From Dehalococcoidia bacterium (lineage in GTDB: Bacteria > Chloroflexota > Dehalococcoidia > Dehalococcoidales > UBA1222): a stretch of 64,000 nucleotides of DNA. Numbering within the stretch: the stretch's first letter is position 1; each line of letters begins with the position of its first letter. The notes beneath the pieces were generated by a model, which was not told the DNA's origin, searched no databases, and saw only the letters and a program-made list of their open reading frames with translations. The stretch spans positions 2,081 to 66,080 of the forward strand of contig QZJY01000070.1 in assembly GCA_003597995.1 (NCBI GenBank), read 5' to 3'. Position numbers and translations under genes: made by a program. Of this stretch, positions 60,267 through 64,000 are shown one piece after another.

Positions 60267-61346
60267 ATGCTCAAAGCCAGAATAAAAAGGGCGCTGCCGG
60301 GATTCGAACTCGATGTTGATTTCTGCCTCAACCGCGAGCTGTTGGCCGTGCTGGGCCCTTCCGGTTCAGGCAAGACCATGACTCTACAGTGCATCGCCGG
60401 GCTGACCAGGCCGGACGAAGGCCGTATCGAGCTTAATGGCAAGGTGCTTTTCGATTCCGCGGAGGGCATAAATCTAGCGCCGCAGAAGCGCAGAGTGGGT
60501 TTTGTTTTCCAGAATTATGCCCTTTTCCCGCATATGACGGTCAGCGAGAACGTGGCCTACAGTATACGCCACCTGCCCGCCTCCGAGATAAGCGAAAAGG
60601 TGGGGCGGCTCCTTAATATCATGAACGTTAGCCCGCTGGCGGGACGCTACCCCAGGCAGCTTTCCGCCGGGCAGCAGCAGCGCGTGGCCATTGCCCGCGC
60701 GCTGGCCCCCGACCCCGAGGTCCTGTTACTGGACGAGCCATTTTCGGCGCTGGACTCGCAGCTTAAGGAACGGCTGGAACTGGAACTGCTGGCGCTGCAG
60801 CGCGAATACCGCGGCAGCATGCTGCTGGTGACCCATGACCTGGCTGAGGGTTACAAACTAGGCTCGCAAATTGCCATATACCAGGCCGGACGCATCGCCC
60901 AGTGCGACACCAAGCAGAAGGTGTTCGCTCAGCCGGTCAATCGCACGGTAGCCCGCCTGACGGGCGTGAGAAACCTGATGGATGGGGCGGTCGCCCGCAT
61001 CGAGCCGCCCTACTTATGGGTGCACGTCACCGCATGGAACACCGGGCTCAAGGCACTGGCGGGCGAGGACTCTCATCTAACGCTCGGACAGAAGGTCGCG
61101 GTGGGCATCAGGCCGGAGTACGTCGATTTGAGACGGAGCGATGGGGAAAACGTTTTCTCCAGCCGCATACTGCAGGTCGTGGAGGGCATATCCAGCGTTA
61201 CCTACCGTCTTCACGTGGACTCCGACCAGCAGGCCAAACACTACATCAACGCCGCTATCTCGAAATCGAGCGCCATCTGCGTAGAGGACGGCCAGACGTG
61301 CCTGCTGTACCTGCCGCCGGAGCACCTCATCGTCATACCGGAATAA
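60267..61346 (+). CDS. modC: Molybdate ABC ATPase
   Basis: GPSGSGKT, LSAGQQQRVA, DEPFSALD, TOBE-like tail. Confidence 0.92.
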   Translation: MLKARIKRALPGFELDVDFCLNRELLAVLGPSGSGKTMTLQCIAGLTRPDEGRIELNGKVLFDSAEGINLAPQKRRVGFVFQNYALFPHMTVSENVAYSIRHLPASEISEKVGRLLNIMNVSPLAGRYPRQLSAGQQQRVAIARALAPDPEVLLLDEPFSALDSQLKERLELELLALQREYRGSMLLVTHDLAEGYKLGSQIAIYQAGRIAQCDTKQKVFAQPVNRTVARLTGVRNLMDGAVARIEPPYLWVHVTAWNTGLKALAGEDSHLTLGQKVAVGIRPEYVDLRRSDGENVFSSRILQVVEGISSVTYRLHVDSDQQAKHYINAAISKSSAICVEDGQTCLLYLPPEHLIVIPE

Positions 61347-61450
61347 AAACCGGATTTCTATAAAATCGTTTGAATCAATACTCTGTTGTCTCTCGGGACG
61401 ATTGGGCTTAAAATAGTCCGTAAGTCACAAGTAGAGGATAGGAGAACGAT

Positions 61451-62251
61451 ATGTCCGTCAAGAATCTGAGGGTGCTTATCCGCGGCGGGGGGGAGCTTGC
61501 CAGCGCGGTGGCCTGCCGTTTGGCGGAGAGCCATTTTAAGGTTATCATGACCGAAGTGCCCCGGCCGCAGGCGGTGCGGCGCAACGTCTCTTTCTGCGAG
61601 GCGGTATACGAGGGCCGCAAGACGGTCGAAGGAAAAACCGCCAGGCTGGTCGGGTCGGCGGGAGAGGCCAGGGTCGCCTGGAAAGCCGGCGAACTGGCCA
61701 TCATCGTGGATCCCGATACCACCATCCGCTCCGAGCTCAAGCCGGACGTCGAGATAGACGCCATCATCGCCAAGAAGAATCTGGGCACGCGCATGTCGGA
61801 TGCCGAACTGGTCATCGGACTGGGTATCGGTTTTAAGGCCGGCAAGGACGTGCACGTGGTCATCGAGACCAACCGCGGCCACAACCTGGGGCGCGTCATG
61901 CGTGAAGGCATAGCCGAGGCCGACACGGGCGACCCCGGCAACATCGGCGGCTATACCACCGAGCGCGTCATGCGCGCACCCAGCGACGGTGTCTTCAAGG
62001 CAGTCAAGAAAATCGGCGATATGGTCAAGGCCGGGGATATCGTGGCCTATGTGGAGGGCAAGCCGGTGAAGGCCGCCATACCCGGCATCATACGCGGGCT
62101 GCTGCGCGACGGCACGCCCGTGACCAAAGGACTTAAGGCGGGCGACGTTGACCCGCGCGGCAATAAGGAATACTGCTACACTATCTCGGACAAGGGGCGC
62201 ACCATCTCGGGCGGCGTGCTCGAGGCTATACTGGCGCATTTCAACGCATAA
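61451..62251 (+). CDS. yqeB: Selenium-dependent molybdenum hydroxylase system protein YqeB (EF2563 family)
   Basis: IRGGGELAS, RRNVSF, IETNRGHNLGR, ISDKGRTISGGVLEA. Confidence 0.92.
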   Translation: MSVKNLRVLIRGGGELASAVACRLAESHFKVIMTEVPRPQAVRRNVSFCEAVYEGRKTVEGKTARLVGSAGEARVAWKAGELAIIVDPDTTIRSELKPDVEIDAIIAKKNLGTRMSDAELVIGLGIGFKAGKDVHVVIETNRGHNLGRVMREGIAEADTGDPGNIGGYTTERVMRAPSDGVFKAVKKIGDMVKAGDIVAYVEGKPVKAAIPGIIRGLLRDGTPVTKGLKAGDVDPRGNKEYCYTISDKGRTISGGVLEAILAHFNA

Positions 62252-62278
62252 GGGGAGACCGCTATAGATATCAGCGAC

Positions 62279-63664
62279 TTGATAGCCGTCAACGACCTGT
62301 GGCGCGAGGTGTATCCCTATTTGGCGTCGCAGGTAACGGCAGTCTACGGACGCAACTCCGGCCGGGTGCTGGAACTGGGGCCGTTCTCGTGGGGCATCTC
62401 CTACGAGCTGGCGACACGCTACGCGGCGCTGGAATTTACTCTGGCCGACGACCATAAAGAATACCTGGCGCACCTCAGGCATGAAATAGAGCGCCGAAAC
62501 CTCGGTCGCCGCATAGAAGTTCTCAATGCCCCACTGGACAAACTGCCTTTCGGAGACGCGTCTTTCGACCTGGTTATTTTACGTGGAGCCTTCTTTTTCA
62601 TCATGGACAGGCCGCGCATTTTGAGCGAGATATACCGCGTGCTGGCCCCCGGCGGGCTGGCCTTCGTGGGGGGTGGCTACGGCGCGGGTATTCCGCAGGG
62701 CGTCATCGACAGCATCGCCGAAGAATCGCGCATACTCAACGACAGGCTGGGGCGACGGCGCGTTACTCTCGACGAATTGAAAGCGCTCGTCGAATCTCAA
62801 GGCCTGACTGCAGCCACTCAAATCGTGGAAGAAGGCGGTGTCTGGCTGCTCGTGCGCAAGAGCATCAGTCTCGCGGCGGAAAAGCAGACATCCCGATTGG
62901 CGGAAGCCTTCGGTCTGCGTCCCGCCGAGGTCATCAGTATCGTGGGAGGCGGAGGCAAGACCAGCCTGATGTTCGCGCTGGCGCGCGAACTCTCGCTTGC
63001 CGGCAAAAAAGTCATCAGCACCACCACCACGCACATAATGAAACCAGAAGCTGATGAATCGCCCTGTGTCGTATTGGAAGACGATGAGGAACGCTTAATC
63101 TCGCGCTTGAAAGATGAGCTTGGCAGGCATAAACACGTCACCGCGGCATGCCTCAGGCCGGAAGCCGGCAAGCTCAGGGGGCTGCTGCCGGAGACTGTGG
63201 ATAAAATCACCGCTGTGAAGCTGGCGGATTACATAATCAATGAAGCGGACGGGGCGGCGCGCAGGCCCATCAAGGCGCCCAACGCTACCGAGCCAGTCAT
63301 TCCAGACAGCACCACTCTCGTGGTGGCGGTGGTCGGCATGGACGCGCTGAACTCTCCCCTGTCGCAGGAGGTCGCCTTTCGCCCGGAGCTCATTACGTGC
63401 CTGACCGGACTGCCCGAGGGTGGCATTATTACGCGCGAGGTCATCGCCACGCTGGTGGCGGACGAAAAAGGCATCATCCAGTATGCTCCTCGAAGTGCCC
63501 GTATCGTCCCTTTTATAAACAAGGTCGAGTTGGCGCAAAGTCCTGACGATGTGCGCAAGCTGGCCGGAGCCATCCTGTCACGCAGACACCCTCAGATAAA
63601 GCGCGTGGTGTCAGGCTCGCTTATAGCCCAAAAACTCGAATTTCACATTTTCGAGGCTGCTTAG
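62279..63664 (+). CDS. yqeC: Class I SAM methyltransferase-YqeC fusion
   Basis: N-half VLELG..LPFGDASFDLV..EIYRVLAPGG; C-half VGGGGKTSL, TTTTHI, EADGA.RRPIKAP..EPVIP, INK. Confidence 0.85.
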   Translation: MIAVNDLWREVYPYLASQVTAVYGRNSGRVLELGPFSWGISYELATRYAALEFTLADDHKEYLAHLRHEIERRNLGRRIEVLNAPLDKLPFGDASFDLVILRGAFFFIMDRPRILSEIYRVLAPGGLAFVGGGYGAGIPQGVIDSIAEESRILNDRLGRRRVTLDELKALVESQGLTAATQIVEEGGVWLLVRKSISLAAEKQTSRLAEAFGLRPAEVISIVGGGGKTSLMFALARELSLAGKKVISTTTTHIMKPEADESPCVVLEDDEERLISRLKDELGRHKHVTAACLRPEAGKLRGLLPETVDKITAVKLADYIINEADGAARRPIKAPNATEPVIPDSTTLVVAVVGMDALNSPLSQEVAFRPELITCLTGLPEGGIITREVIATLVADEKGIIQYAPRSARIVPFINKVELAQSPDDVRKLAGAILSRRHPQIKRVVSGSLIAQKLEFHIFEAA

Positions 63665-63687
63665 GTTCAACTTGCTGGAGGTAAAAA

Positions 63688-64000
63688 ATGCAGAACGATA
63701 TTTACGCCGAACTGGTACGGCTGAGCGCTGCTGGTGAAGAAGCCGCCCTGGCCACCGTCATATCGGCTTCGGGTTCCACGCCCAGGGAGGAAGGCGCCAA
63801 GATGTTGGTGCGGGCCAACGGCTCCATCATGGGCACCGTGGGTGGGGGTGCCGTCGAGAAAGCCGTCATCAAAGAGGCTTTGGAAGTCATGCGCAAGGGC
63901 AAGGCCAAAAAGCTGGAATACCGCCTCAACGCGGGCGGGGAGCTGGGCATGATATGCGGCGGCGACACAGAGGTGTTCATCGAGCCCATTACGGCGGCTC
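63688..64000 (+). CDS. xdhC: XdhC/CoxI family Moco-insertion protein (truncated by window end)
   Basis: GGAGG RBS; ALATVISASGSTPREEGAKMLV..GTVGGGAVE..GMICGG. Confidence 0.88.
   Translation, partial: MQNDIYAELVRLSAAGEEAALATVISASGSTPREEGAKMLVRANGSIMGTVGGGAVEKAVIKEALEVMRKGKAKKLEYRLNAGGELGMICGGDTEVFIEPITAA

Noticed and set aside
61451..64000. Selenocysteine read-through in the selenium-related genes
   Set aside because: No in-frame TGA interrupts these ORFs

Overview
Bacterial chromosome fragment, most plausibly from a Chloroflexota (Dehalococcoidia-like) organism; this is inferred from gene content and style only. Bases 1-~8.8 kb are the right arm of an integrative element inserted at the 3' end of tRNA-Ala(GGC). 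It carries a large serine recombinase whose ORF reads through the tRNA, a Zn-ribbon tyrosine recombinase, a divergent beta-clamp and a Zot/A32-like ATPase. It also carries an ECF-like sigma factor, three exactly spaced copies of a promoter-like motif (GAACGA-N13-TCGGAATAGCC) and an ~840-nt densely base-paired non-coding region just downstream of one copy. Core genes follow (cysS, ispF, ispD, radA, clpC). Next is a MalT-type ATPase-TPR-wHTH-BTAD regulator followed by an unannotated 48-aa signal-peptide propeptide (predicted mature SGADGFGP) with an 11-bp tandem repeat in its promoter, a candidate peptide-signalling circuit. The middle holds an active-site-variant NrdJ coupled to a radical SAM enzyme, zur-znuABC, a cytochrome b, two c-type cytochromes with non-canonical heme motifs, a System I* ccm cluster, and leuS/proC/coaD/rsmD. 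The last third holds a signalling and small stress-protein island, bioY-birA, an acyl-CoA carboxyltransferase, and modABC-yqeB-yqeC-xdhC behind a Moco-like riboswitch. No CRISPR array or rRNA was seen.
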